Sequence record: OP795442 | Reading direction: 5' to 3' (one strand) | From: Escherichia phage A7_1 | Length of the DNA: 64,000 nucleotides | Shown here: one piece after another, positions 27,935-37,489 of the stretch | Layout of the letters: each line of letters starts with the position of its first letter | Numbering within the stretch: position 1 is the first letter of the stretch | The notes under the pieces: generated by a model | The model's input: only the letters and a program-made list of their open reading frames with translations | Database searches by the model: none | Told to the model about the DNA's origin: nothing | Program-made: the position numbers and the translations under genes

Positions 27935-28129
27935 TTACTCTACAGAGTCAACCGTTTCAACAAAGATAATATCACCATATTTCAGCTTACGGCGGTTGTC
28001 ACCTTTGTGGGTGTGGTCCACAGGGTTAAATGATCCAATATCATTGGAATGTTTCCAGCCAGATTTAACAGAAAACTGCTTAACAACAGCAGCAAAATCT
28101 TCCGGCTTTAACTCAATCATATGCTCCAT
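27935..28129 (-). CDS. hypothetical protein
   Basis: Track ORF, 64 aa. Confidence 0.45.
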   Translation of the reverse strand: MEHMIELKPEDFAAVVKQFSVKSGWKHSNDIGSFNPVDHTHKGDNRRKLKYGDIIFVETVDSVE

Positions 28130-28216
28130 TACATACTCCTTTCATAAGAAATTTCTCTATAGGGGCTTCATAGAGTAAAACCCCTATTGATTAAGATAGA
28201 ACCTATTATCAGTTAT

Positions 28217-28606
28217 TTACTCGTCAACAACTTTCCAACTCCAAAGATAACCATCTTTAGGCATAGTGGAACCTTTAACAAATATCATTTCGTCATAAAG
28301 ATCATCTTCGTTCGGCAAATCTTCTAAAAGTTTAAACTCAACATTGTTATACTCATTATAGATGATTTGTGCACGGAGTTTCTTGCCTACCTTAATGGAG
28401 TTAGTTTCTGATCGAACACATTCAATAATGTATCCCTTTTCATAAGAAATTTCTTCACGAGATACCTTATAGACCTTGACCAACGCAGGAAATTCCTTTT
28501 GTATTTTCAAAGCTGTATGCTGCGCTTCTTGTTCACTATCATAACCCTTGAAGAATTTAAAAACTTCACCTTCCCACTTGATCCAGACTTCATATTCTTT
28601 TTCCAT
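28217..28606 (-). CDS. hypothetical protein
   Basis: Track ORF, 129 aa. Confidence 0.5.
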   Translation of the reverse strand: MEKEYEVWIKWEGEVFKFFKGYDSEQEAQHTALKIQKEFPALVKVYKVSREEISYEKGYIIECVRSETNSIKVGKKLRAQIIYNEYNNVEFKLLEDLPNEDDLYDEMIFVKGSTMPKDGYLWSWKVVDE

Positions 28607-28616
28607 GTATCACCTC

Positions 28617-28934
28617 TTAAGAAATAAGTTGGATTTTTGGACCTTTTTCTTTTTCTGCTTGACGCAGGCGTTCACGAACGTACAGTTCGATATCAGTTGG
28701 TCGCCACAATTCAACTATAACCACATCGAAACGGTTTTCGTGAGCACCAGGTTGTTTATTCATGTAGCTTGCCATCAGGTCTGCACTTTCTTGATCAGCA
28801 AATACAGCTTTTGCTACGATTGGCTTACCATCTTCAGTTTGTCCCATACTCATGCTCGGAATGTTGTGACCTGCATCATTATCACGAATAGCAAACACAA
28901 GAGTAGTTTCAGCATTTTTCAGAAAGTCAGTCAT
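28617..28934 (-). CDS. hypothetical protein
   Basis: Track ORF, 105 aa. Confidence 0.5.
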   Translation of the reverse strand: MTDFLKNAETTLVFAIRDNDAGHNIPSMSMGQTEDGKPIVAKAVFADQESADLMASYMNKQPGAHENRFDVVIVELWRPTDIELYVRERLRQAEKEKGPKIQLIS

Positions 28935-29154
28935 TAATAATCTCCACGTCAGAATTGATATCAGTTTTATAAAACAGTCCCAGAGTTTCTGCGACCCCTA
29001 TCTCTATGAAAACAGCATCCTCATACACAACTGCATCAGAGGTTGCGTATACTTTATTATAAATTGGCTGGCCTGTAAAGTCACAATCAACAATATATTT
29101 AAACTTTTGGCCTTTCTTTACATCACGGGCCTTGATCAGCTTAACATTAATCAT
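28927..29154 (-). CDS. hypothetical protein
   Basis: Track ORF, 75 aa. Confidence 0.45.
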   Translation of the reverse strand: MINVKLIKARDVKKGQKFKYIVDCDFTGQPIYNKVYATSDAVVYEDAVFIEIGVAETLGLFYKTDINSDVEIIND

Positions 29155-29842
29155 CGGTACTCCCTATTTGTAATGGTACAATACCTAAAGCTTCCAAACC
29201 TGCCTCCACGACCTTACGATTTACAGAAGCCTCAAACTCTGCTTGTGCTTTCGCCTTAACAACCTCGGAGTTTTCCTTAAACACGTTAATCGCATGTTGA
29301 GTGATATCCGGCAGCTTTGAATGAACACGAGTGATCTTATTCTTAAGTTCAGTCAATTCTTTCTTTGTTGCCTTACCTTTCTCAATAAGTTGCTGGACTT
29401 CAATTACGGCTTCCAGATGGTCCTTTAAAAGATCTTTTAAGTCTTTATCCACGTTCAAGCCGATCATGTCAGAACTGTTTTGTTGTCCCTCAATGCCAGG
29501 AACATATCCATCGCCCTTGATATATCTTAATGTGATTGGTACGCCTTGTCCACTATGGGATGCCACTAACTCTGCCCATTGGTAAGATGTTAATTCAATC
29601 TCAATGACACGAGAGTTTCGTGACGTATAATAAGACGGCAAACCATAAGAGATCTCCTGGTATGCGGTATCAATACGTAAACAAACACGTTGATTATGGG
29701 TCGTGTCTGATCCGAACATTTCCACATTCCCACCAGTTGGGTGAGTGATTGATGCCAACCCATAAGCTGGGTGTGTCTGGATTACACGCTCAAATACTCC
29801 AGCTTCAGATAATTTTACTTCGGGCTTCATTACGTTTCTCAT
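29147..29842 (-). CDS. hypothetical protein
   Basis: Track ORF, 231 aa, coiled-coil-like C-terminal half. Confidence 0.55.
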   Translation of the reverse strand: MRNVMKPEVKLSEAGVFERVIQTHPAYGLASITHPTGGNVEMFGSDTTHNQRVCLRIDTAYQEISYGLPSYYTSRNSRVIEIELTSYQWAELVASHSGQGVPITLRYIKGDGYVPGIEGQQNSSDMIGLNVDKDLKDLLKDHLEAVIEVQQLIEKGKATKKELTELKNKITRVHSKLPDITQHAINVFKENSEVVKAKAQAEFEASVNRKVVEAGLEALGIVPLQIGSTDD

Positions 29843-29850
29843 AAAATCCC

Positions 29851-30051
29851 CTATTTTATTTTTACAATGTATTTAGAAGTTCTTCGGATTCTTTGGGTCC
29901 TTGTCCAAGTTGGGTCAACATACTCTATTCCTGCCATACCCTTACTCGGGATGATTCTGGTGATAATCCCCTTAAATATAGTTTTACGATCGTCATAAGT
30001 AAAAGCTACTTTGTCACCAACTTTCATCTCTATACCCATTAAATCTTTCAA
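29851..30051 (-). CDS. hypothetical protein
   Basis: Track ORF, 66 aa. Confidence 0.45.
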   Translation of the reverse strand: MKDLMGIEMKVGDKVAFTYDDRKTIFKGIITRIIPSKGMAGIEYVDPTWTRTQRIRRTSKYIVKIK

Positions 30052-30055
30052 ATCA

Positions 30056-30280
30056 TCAACCCCGTCTTTCTTTCAGTTCCTGTAAGAACAACTCATCAGC
30101 AAGATTATTTAAACTATTTGCCAGATTTCGGGCTTGTTCACGAGTAACACGAATACCAACAGAATCACAACCCTCACGATCGCAGTAGTCAATTCCGATC
30201 AGGATTTTACCTTTTTCAGTTGAGGGTGTAATATTAATTTCTGCCTGATAATCTACGCCAATATCCTGGAATGTCATCAT
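30056..30280 (-). CDS. hypothetical protein
   Basis: Track ORF, 74 aa. Confidence 0.45.
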   Translation of the reverse strand: MMTFQDIGVDYQAEINITPSTEKGKILIGIDYCDREGCDSVGIRVTREQARNLANSLNNLADELFLQELKERRG

Positions 30281-30435
30281 TTTGTGTATACCTCTTGTAT
30301 TTCTGCGATTAATGTTTCAGAGGAACTGGCAATTTCTGCTCGGACTTCCTCTGCTTTTTCTTTATCTTCAAATAGGGTCGGATGAATTTGAGCATCCTCA
30401 CCACAATGAAGACACAGTATAGCATAATACTTCAT
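30277..30435 (-). CDS. small protein (about 51 aa, not in track)
   Basis: MKYYAILCLHCGEDAQIHPTLFEDKEKAEEV...; overlapping stop/start with both neighbours; approximate. Confidence 0.35.
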   Translation of the reverse strand: MKYYAILCLHCGEDAQIHPTLFEDKEKAEEVRAEIASSSETLIAEIQEVYTK

Positions 30436-30797
30436 CACTTATTACCTTTTTCTTCTTCATGCGGCTTAACAATAATCTCTTCAATAATCTCAGGATCAAT
30501 GTTTTTAGTATACATAAAAGTATAAAGCGCCGTTTTCAAAGCGGCACGTTTACCATAGTAATGATCTGCGATGCCATTCTGTTTTGATAGTTTATGAATC
30601 TCCACTATTTTGCTTTCAACTTCTTCGTTGGAGATCTCTATATACTCGACTGCTGACATGCGTTCAATAAATATTGCATTAAGACCGTATAACTTGGCAT
30701 CTCGCTCCACGTATTCTTTGAATCGCTGCCACTCTACCTCATCTTTGATAAGGTCTGCAATTTTAAAGATTACTGGGTGCTTACGTGATTTGGTCAT
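30435..30797 (-). CDS. hypothetical protein
   Basis: Track ORF, 120 aa. Confidence 0.5.
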   Translation of the reverse strand: MTKSRKHPVIFKIADLIKDEVEWQRFKEYVERDAKLYGLNAIFIERMSAVEYIEISNEEVESKIVEIHKLSKQNGIADHYYGKRAALKTALYTFMYTKNIDPEIIEEIIVKPHEEEKGNK

Positions 30798-30853
30798 TTA
30801 TTCTCTCCTCGTTTGTTTTGATAGGGTCATATTACACGACCCTTGATATGTTG

Positions 30854-31111
30854 TCAACTAAAAATTAAAGAAACAACGTGGTAAATTACTTGGGGAAAGA
30901 TAACTACGAAGTACAGATCAACAAATCCAGAGATAAAGTGATAAGCCTTCAGTTTTGTACGTTTACCTTTGTAAAAATCAGAGATGATTTTGAAATATTT
31001 ATAAAGATTCCTTAAAAGTGCAAAACCGATCAACCCCAATCCACTAAGAACCACAACAAAAAGTGAAAACTGGACGTCCGCACTAAAAACACCAACAATA
31101 AGATCTAACAT
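30854..31111 (-). CDS. small membrane protein
   Basis: 85 aa, three hydrophobic segments. Confidence 0.5.
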   Translation of the reverse strand: MLDLIVGVFSADVQFSLFVVVLSGLGLIGFALLRNLYKYFKIISDFYKGKRTKLKAYHFISGFVDLYFVVIFPQVIYHVVSLIFS

Positions 31112-31392
31112 TAAATTTCCTCCAAATCAGCTTCTACGACATAGATACCTGGTAAAACTCTATAAGCCCAGGTGTTAAAAGTACAAGAATACATAATTCC
31201 TTTTACCTTGTAAGTTTTATTTGCAAACTGGCTTACAGGGTCAGTGACTTTAACTACGGTGTCACTTGCAAACTTAGGCATACCGTGCTTTGAAATTGCT
31301 TCACGATCAACTTTGTAAACATCCCTCCCAAAGAACTTTTCTAGTGGACAAAGATTATTCTCAAAATCAGTACCCATAGTCAACATCTCCAT
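31111..31392 (-). CDS. hypothetical protein
   Basis: Track ORF, 93 aa. Confidence 0.45.
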   Translation of the reverse strand: MEMLTMGTDFENNLCPLEKFFGRDVYKVDREAISKHGMPKFASDTVVKVTDPVSQFANKTYKVKGIMYSCTFNTWAYRVLPGIYVVEADLEEI

Positions 31393-31633
31393 TAATTACC
31401 GAGGTGCTTTTGTTTGTCTTACCATTTGAAGTCTTGATATGAGTATCTGCATGAGGACAATACACCACATTCAGACTCATATCTCCTGGGTTAGCTTTGA
31501 GACGATAAATCTTACAACCTGCCTCTTTCATTTCTTGCGGTAAAATGTAATTAGTAGTCTTATCGACAACGCCCTTTTGATCACAACCGGAAATGAAACA
31601 TACCATAAAAATCGCAGCAATAATCTTTTTCAT
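31367..31633 (-). CDS. putative lipoprotein
   Basis: 88 aa; signal peptide with lipobox-like FISGC (MKKIIAAIFMVCFISGCDQ). Confidence 0.55.
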   Translation of the reverse strand: MKKIIAAIFMVCFISGCDQKGVVDKTTNYILPQEMKEAGCKIYRLKANPGDMSLNVVYCPHADTHIKTSNGKTNKSTSVINGDVDYGY

Positions 31634-31980
31634 TTTACCTCCATCATAAATACTTTAACTTTTCGTACCTCTAATCTTACTTTATTAGAGCCTTGAAGTC
31701 TATTTCTTTTTTCAATTGCGTCATTAATGTCGCCATAGAAGTAGTGATCCTTACCTATTGTTGGTATTCCATTGCCGCCTTGCATAGCCAGTGTATACAT
31801 TTCTTTTCCACCTTGCAACCCTTTTGATACTTTTTCTTCAAAATATTTATTGAATTGGGTTGGTGAAGTGTCAATTTCTACATCATCTTCCCATCCCATA
31901 ACTTTATCCCAAAAACGGTCAATCTTGTCAAGAACTTTGTTACTAATCTTTTTAATCTTCTTCAACATAATCTTCCCCAT
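31630..31980 (-). CDS. hypothetical protein
   Basis: Track ORF, 116 aa. Confidence 0.5.
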   Translation of the reverse strand: MGKIMLKKIKKISNKVLDKIDRFWDKVMGWEDDVEIDTSPTQFNKYFEEKVSKGLQGGKEMYTLAMQGGNGIPTIGKDHYFYGDINDAIEKRNRLQGSNKVRLEVRKVKVFMMEVK

Positions 31981-32440
31981 TATTTATTTGGATACCGAAA
32001 CGATTTTCGTTAGTGGAAAAGAAACCATTTTCCATGCGGCGAATCTCTTCTTTCATCACTTCCTGCATCGTTAATTTAAGGATTTCTTTGTTTAATTTTG
32101 GCTTAACTTCACGAAGCTTGTCAAGAAGTTTTTCCATTTCTTCTTTTACTTTTTCTTCCTCATTTTCTATCTCTAATTGGTCCATTGCATCTTTACAAAC
32201 ACAGCAATGACCTGTTACTCTTAAAATGTGATTTTGTATAGGTAGTGCTTTTCTACCGCAATACCCACAAAGAATAGAACCACCAGAGTTTCGAGCATCT
32301 ACTGTCAATGTAGGTTTAGCCCCTTCTGCTTGAGAATCCCAAGTCTTTTTACCCTGGTAATCATACATAAAGAATTCGTAGGATCTTTCATCAACGTGGT
32401 CTTCGAGCATATGTAAAGTTCGTGTATTGAAATGTTTCAT
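31952..32440 (-). CDS. hypothetical protein with zinc-ribbon-like Cys cluster
   Basis: 162 aa; CGYCG...CCVC; first gene of the leftward unit. Confidence 0.5.
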   Translation of the reverse strand: MKHFNTRTLHMLEDHVDERSYEFFMYDYQGKKTWDSQAEGAKPTLTVDARNSGGSILCGYCGRKALPIQNHILRVTGHCCVCKDAMDQLEIENEEEKVKEEMEKLLDKLREVKPKLNKEILKLTMQEVMKEEIRRMENGFFSTNENRFGIQINNGEDYVEED

Positions 32441-32560
32441 TTTTAACTCCTCGTCGTTTGTATGTGCTAACTATACGAGAACTTGAGGGGAAGATCAATA
32501 CTTGATTTGCATTTTATTTTCATTATACTGTGCACATCTAAAACGAGAAGGAGATAACAA
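32441..32560. promoter_or_regulatory. divergent promoter region
   Basis: Rightward TTGATT-17-TATACT plus AAGGAG SD before 32561; leftward TTGATC-17-TATAGT plus GAGGAG SD before 32440. Confidence 0.55.
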
Positions 32561-33124
32561 ATGAGTCAAGATAAAGAGTTAGCCATTGCGATATCCGTAG
32601 CTGCTTCTGCCCATGTTGACCAAGTAGATAAAGGGGGGAATATCTATATTCTTCATCCTTTGCAGGTGATGCAAACATTGCAGCAAAAGGGAAGGGGAGA
32701 TTTAATGGCAGCAGGAGTTTTGCATGATGTGATTGAAGATACTGAAATCACTATGGAACACCTCTTTAAAAAGGGGATTTCAGAAAGAACCTTAGTGATT
32801 GTCGATGCAGTGACAAAGAAACGTAAGCAATCTTCATCTGATTACCTAGAGGGGATTTTAGAGAGTGAGGGTGCTTGTCATGTTAAGCTTGCGGATCTTA
32901 AACACAACTTAGATATTCTGCGAACTTGTAGCACCACAGAAAAAGACTTGCAACGGGTCAGGAAGTATGTAACAATGCACTTGTTGATTACGGAGATGGT
33001 TGATTGGTATGAAAGTATCGGAAGGTATCTCGATTATTGTGATTCTTTTGCCTATTCTAGCTATCTCGACGAACGTAAAGAATTTGTTCAGAAACTTATT
33101 AAAAAATGGAAGGAGTTTAAATGA
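32561..33124 (+). CDS. HD-domain (p)ppGpp hydrolase, SpoT/Mesh1-like small alarmone hydrolase
   Basis: 187 aa; AHVDQVDKGGNIYILHPL, AAGVLHDVIEDTE, VIVDAVTK, KLADLKHNL match the RelA/SpoT hydrolase HD signature. Confidence 0.8.
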   Translation: MSQDKELAIAISVAASAHVDQVDKGGNIYILHPLQVMQTLQQKGRGDLMAAGVLHDVIEDTEITMEHLFKKGISERTLVIVDAVTKKRKQSSSDYLEGILESEGACHVKLADLKHNLDILRTCSTTEKDLQRVRKYVTMHLLITEMVDWYESIGRYLDYCDSFAYSSYLDERKEFVQKLIKKWKEFK

Positions 33125-33654
33125 AAAAGGTATTGAGTATTGAGCCGTTCACAACAACATACTTTGACGATTTGGAACGTCATGGTGATTATGGGGTACA
33201 AGACGCTGATGGTTGGAAAGAATTCCCTGAAGAAACAAAAGGTGACATTACAAAGCTCGGTTGTAAGATCAATGGATCTGAACCAAAAGGTGTTTACACC
33301 ATGTTTTCTTTCCTTGAAGCTATGAACCCAACGTACAAGGGAGATCGGCAATTTGGTTTTTCTTTTGCATCATTCCTTACTTGTAGCTGTGGTCATGGGG
33401 GTTGTGCAGGCTATCATGATAATGTGGTTATTCGACGTAAAAAGAATACCGTGATGGTCATGGGTAAAAAGGGAGATGGTTATGACGAAGGTGTTGTATT
33501 GACAGGTGAATCTGTTGTATACTTCGATAAAAAGCAGTGGGACGGTGTTCTAGAACACTACCTTAAACTCTTCAAAGAAAATCCTGATGGTGTTTTTGAA
33601 GATGCGGGTTTTATGTTTACTGGTCGTTGGGGGACTAAAAATTTTTCAAAATAA
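33121..33654 (+). CDS. hypothetical protein
   Basis: Track ORF, 177 aa; Cys/His cluster CSCGHGGCAGYH. Confidence 0.5.
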   Translation: MKKVLSIEPFTTTYFDDLERHGDYGVQDADGWKEFPEETKGDITKLGCKINGSEPKGVYTMFSFLEAMNPTYKGDRQFGFSFASFLTCSCGHGGCAGYHDNVVIRRKKNTVMVMGKKGDGYDEGVVLTGESVVYFDKKQWDGVLEHYLKLFKENPDGVFEDAGFMFTGRWGTKNFSK

Positions 33655-33724
33655 TTTAAAAACTTGTTGACTTAAGAAATAGAAAAGATATACTTATCAC
33701 ATCAAAAACAAGAGGAGATATAAA

Positions 33725-34954
33725 ATGCAAGCAACTTATCAACGTATGGACCAAACCATGTTCAAAAAACGTATCAGTGTTCGTGATATGGAATCACTGA
33801 TTCGCCTAGGAGCTTCCATCGGAAAGACCGTATTCTTTTTTGGTGGCGCTGGTCTTGGTAAGTCTGAAAAAGTAAAACAGATCGCTGATTCCATGTTCCC
33901 ACATCGTGTAGGTAATAACCTTTGTGATGTTCGTCTGTCGGATAAAGAGCCACAAGATATCGCAGGTATTCCGATTCCGATCTCTTATCCAGATCCGAAA
34001 ACTGGTAAAGAAGTCACTCGTACCGTATATGCAGTTCCAAACTTTTGGCCTACTGATCCTGATTGGGAAGGTATCGTGTTCTTGGATGAACTGCCAAATG
34101 CACCATTGGGCACTCAGCACTCTGCATATCAGGTTATTCTTGATCACGTTGCAGGTGAGCATAAGTTCCCGAAAGGTACTGTGTTTGTAGGTGCAGGTAA
34201 CCGTGATACTGATGGAGCAGGGACTACTTCTATGCCTGGCCCATTGGTTAACCGTATGATCATTGCAGAAGTTGATTATAATCTGGATGTGTGGATCGAA
34301 GACTATGCGATTCCGTTCCGTCTGCACCCGAACATTATTGGTTTCTTGAAGCAGTTTCCAGAGCATTTCTATACTGGTGACGTAGAAAACCGAAGTACTC
34401 CGGTTTATTCATCTCCTCGTCAATGGAAAACAGCATCTGACATTCTGTACAAGTATGATGCGGGTGAGATTAATGAATTTATCGCAGAGGTTGCTCTTGC
34501 AGGTACAGTTGGTGAAGGCCTGGAAGTACAGATCCTTGCTTATCATTTACGTGCTAAAGAACTTCCTCCGATTGAAGATATCTTTAGTGGTGCAGTTGAA
34601 GAACATAAACTTGATCGCAGTAAGAACGACCTTGTTTACGTCCTGGCACAAACTGGCCTTCGTCGCATGGAAGATGAGGTTATGGATAATGACATGACGG
34701 ATGATAAGTTCCTTGAACGTGCAGGTAACTTCCTTACGTTCATGTACAATAACTATTATGCAAACAACAAGGATACGATGATTGCTTTGATCTTGGGCGT
34801 GTTCCGTGGTCCAAACGATAAGCCATCTATCTTGACTGTTAACCCGAAACGTCAGAAAATGATTCCGCTTATGCGTAAGAGTTGCCCGACTGTTTCTGCC
34901 GCAGTTATGGAATACATGACTCGATATGGTCAACTGATTAAAGAATTCGAATAA
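33725..34954 (+). CDS. MoxR-like AAA+ ATPase
   Basis: 409 aa; Walker A GGAGLGKS, Walker B VFLDELPNA, sensor region VGAGNRD. Confidence 0.8.
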   Translation: MQATYQRMDQTMFKKRISVRDMESLIRLGASIGKTVFFFGGAGLGKSEKVKQIADSMFPHRVGNNLCDVRLSDKEPQDIAGIPIPISYPDPKTGKEVTRTVYAVPNFWPTDPDWEGIVFLDELPNAPLGTQHSAYQVILDHVAGEHKFPKGTVFVGAGNRDTDGAGTTSMPGPLVNRMIIAEVDYNLDVWIEDYAIPFRLHPNIIGFLKQFPEHFYTGDVENRSTPVYSSPRQWKTASDILYKYDAGEINEFIAEVALAGTVGEGLEVQILAYHLRAKELPPIEDIFSGAVEEHKLDRSKNDLVYVLAQTGLRRMEDEVMDNDMTDDKFLERAGNFLTFMYNNYYANNKDTMIALILGVFRGPNDKPSILTVNPKRQKMIPLMRKSCPTVSAAVMEYMTRYGQLIKEFE

Positions 34955-34959
34955 TCTCT

Positions 34960-35020
34960 TGACAACGAAAAACAGTTAACTTAATATAAGGGCATCTCGA
35001 AAGAGGTGTCCTTTTTTAAT
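34960..35020 (+). promoter_or_regulatory. promoter plus leader hairpin for the HNH endonuclease gene
   Basis: TTGACA-17-TAATAT followed by a catctc/gaggtg hairpin and T-run; approximate. Confidence 0.4.
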
Positions 35021-35029
35021 TTGGAGAAA

Positions 35030-35524
35030 ATGATGGATTTCATAAAAGAAGGATTTTCTTTCGACCCCCTTGCAAAGTTTCTACTAAGGAGAAATGGAAG
35101 AGAAGTAGGGAATGTAGTAAAGAATCATAAAGGTTATGATAAAGACTATGTACGTGTAACATGGTCAAGGGAAAGGAAAAGAAAATCTGCGTATGCTCAC
35201 AGGATCATTTGGGAATTGCATTATGGCAAGATACCTGATGGTTATTGTATAGACCACATAAATGGAGATGGTTTGGATAACAGGATTGAAAACTTAAGAT
35301 TGGCAACTAAGAGTCAGAATGGTCAAAACAGGAAAAACAACAAGAATAAAAAGGATGGTCTTCCTAAAGGTGTAGTTATGAATCATGGAAAATACACAGG
35401 AAGGGTCTATGTAAATGGAAAAAGGTTACAGAAAATTAGTTCCGACCTTGACGAAATAGTCAATTGGTTGGAGAATAAACGTAAAGAAAATCACGGTGTG
35501 TTCATGAACAATGGAGAACAATAA
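35030..35524 (+). CDS. HNH homing endonuclease, free-standing
   Basis: Track ORF 35006..35524 begins at GTG inside a hairpin; ATG at about 35030 behind GGAG; core HRIIWELHYGKIPDGYCIDHINGDGLDNRIENLRLATKSQN. Confidence 0.8.
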   Translation: MMDFIKEGFSFDPLAKFLLRRNGREVGNVVKNHKGYDKDYVRVTWSRERKRKSAYAHRIIWELHYGKIPDGYCIDHINGDGLDNRIENLRLATKSQNGQNRKNNKNKKDGLPKGVVMNHGKYTGRVYVNGKRLQKISSDLDEIVNWLENKRKENHGVFMNNGEQ

Positions 35525-37062
35525 TGTCAAAAATTAGTCAAGAAGAAAAAGATATGATCGAAATGCAAGTCTTCGAAGCTGAACGTATTATTGAAGCTGC
35601 AAGTCTTCAACTTATGCGCTTCAAAGCGTTCTACGGGGTTATGCTTTCGTCTATGCCTGTTAAAAAGGCGACGGAGTGGTGTAGTACAATGGCGACTGAT
35701 GGACGTAACCTGTATTACCATCCAGAGTTCGTTGCAGGTATGACAGAAGAACGTAAAAAATTGGTACTTGAGCGACTTTCCAAATCTGAGAAAGATCCTA
35801 AAAAGCTGAAAGAGGGTATTGAGTTTATCAATGTCTTCTATCGTCGAAAGACTGCTCGTGAGCTTGCTCTTATTCTTGAGCACGAATGCGATCATGTGAT
35901 CTCTGATCACGCTTCTCGTGGTAAAGGGTTTAATCATGAGCTTTACAATATTGCAGCGGATCATCGTATCAATACAACGGCTGTGCTTATTCACCAGAAA
36001 GGGGATGAGCTAGGTAAAGCCTGGTTCCCTGCCGGAGAGAGAACGGTATTTGATAAAAATGCTGAATTTGGATTTATGGCCTGGTCTTACTGTGATTTCC
36101 GATTCAAAGATATGTATACTGAGCAGATCTATGAAATCCTGAATAAAGAGCAAGATGATAAAGAAAAATCCAAAGGGAAAGGTTCTGGTTCTGGAAGTGG
36201 AGAGGGTGATGGTGAAGAAGGTGGTCAAGGTCGTAAAGGTGTTGATCAACACATGGATCAGAATGGTGATCCAGAAGATTCAGAAGGTGATGATATCGAA
36301 GATGCACTGGGAATCGACCGTAAAGCGAAGCCTAAGCAAACAGCAGAGGAACGCCAGTATAACGATGGGGTTATGCGTCGAGCCATTGAGAATGCCGTAC
36401 AGGCAGCAGGAAGCGGTGCACCGGAAGATGCTCGTCGTTTTGTAGAAGCGGCGGGTAAACCAAAGATTAATTATCTTCGTTTGTTGCGTAAAACTATTGA
36501 ACGTCTGTTCAAAGATGATGTATCATATCGTCGTTTGTCACGCCGTAGTCACTCGTTAACTCGGACTCTTCGTGGCTCGGGTTACTTATCTGGACGACAG
36601 ACGATTGGTTTACCCTCAAAGAATAAACAGAAGACTATTCGTGCAGGTGTCTTCTTCGACGTATCTGGATCATTTAACGATGATCTGTTAAGACCAACAA
36701 TGCGTGAGATTCGTGGATTGTGTAATCTTTACGATGAGTTTGAAGTTACAATGGCTTGCTGGTCAACAAAGGTTGGTAACATTGAAACGTATACGAAGAA
36801 GAATGTGAATGAGATTGCTAACTACAAGATCAAGACCACATTTGGTACGGATGTTTCTTGTGTGTTCGAGGCATTAGATGAAATGAAAGACCCTATGGAT
36901 CAGATCATCATCTACACTGACGGTTACTTTGCTGATGTATCCCAAAAGAAAGATTGGGCCAAAAAGTATGGTAAGAATGTTCTTTGGATTATCCTGGGTC
37001 GTGGGTCTTCGTTCACCCCGCCTTTTGGCAAGGCAATTGATTTTGACAAGTATCTTAAATAA
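35524..37062 (+). CDS. VWA-domain protein with N-terminal HExxH metallopeptidase-like domain (MoxR partner)
   Basis: 512 aa; HECDH zincin-like motif; C-terminal VFFDVSGSF MIDAS motif; Gly/Asp/Glu-rich linker. Confidence 0.8.
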   Translation: MSKISQEEKDMIEMQVFEAERIIEAASLQLMRFKAFYGVMLSSMPVKKATEWCSTMATDGRNLYYHPEFVAGMTEERKKLVLERLSKSEKDPKKLKEGIEFINVFYRRKTARELALILEHECDHVISDHASRGKGFNHELYNIAADHRINTTAVLIHQKGDELGKAWFPAGERTVFDKNAEFGFMAWSYCDFRFKDMYTEQIYEILNKEQDDKEKSKGKGSGSGSGEGDGEEGGQGRKGVDQHMDQNGDPEDSEGDDIEDALGIDRKAKPKQTAEERQYNDGVMRRAIENAVQAAGSGAPEDARRFVEAAGKPKINYLRLLRKTIERLFKDDVSYRRLSRRSHSLTRTLRGSGYLSGRQTIGLPSKNKQKTIRAGVFFDVSGSFNDDLLRPTMREIRGLCNLYDEFEVTMACWSTKVGNIETYTKKNVNEIANYKIKTTFGTDVSCVFEALDEMKDPMDQIIIYTDGYFADVSQKKDWAKKYGKNVLWIILGRGSSFTPPFGKAIDFDKYLK

Positions 37063-37071
37063 GGAGGATCT

Positions 37072-37443
37072 TTGAGCGAGTATACTTACAAGTTGTCAGT
37101 CGGTAGGCGTGGAGTGGTTATGACTATCAACATGATTAATGAAAGTGCGGAGGCTGTGAAATGGTGGGCCTCCACCTTTAACGGGAAAGGTTTTACTTTA
37201 TCTCGTCATAAGGTTGGATCAGGAAAGCCAATAGATCTTGTCAAGGAGGACACTTTCTTGTATCCTGATCGTATTGCTGATGAAGATATTGATTTCCTAT
37301 CTGCTACGGTTGGTAGTTTGTTGGATGAGGAGCCAGACATTGTAAGGTTACTCTCTTTACTTACAGCAATGTGGTCAGCAGGTCATGATGAGGAAAGTAT
37401 GCATACGATGGTAAGGAATACGTTGAGACGTTGGTCTAAGTAA
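37072..37443 (+). CDS. hypothetical protein
   Basis: Track ORF, 123 aa, TTG start 3-5 nt after AAGGAGGA. Confidence 0.45.
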   Translation: MSEYTYKLSVGRRGVVMTINMINESAEAVKWWASTFNGKGFTLSRHKVGSGKPIDLVKEDTFLYPDRIADEDIDFLSATVGSLLDEEPDIVRLLSLLTAMWSAGHDEESMHTMVRNTLRRWSK

Positions 37444-37489
37444 CAACATTTCCTTTATGCCCATTTAGGCATACAATACTATATTAGAT

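Noticed and set aside
33806-35994. Minus-strand track ORFs 33806..34366, 34547..34933 and 35527..35994
   Set aside because: Antisense to the MoxR and VWA genes; Cys/His/Ile-rich composition typical of shadow frames.
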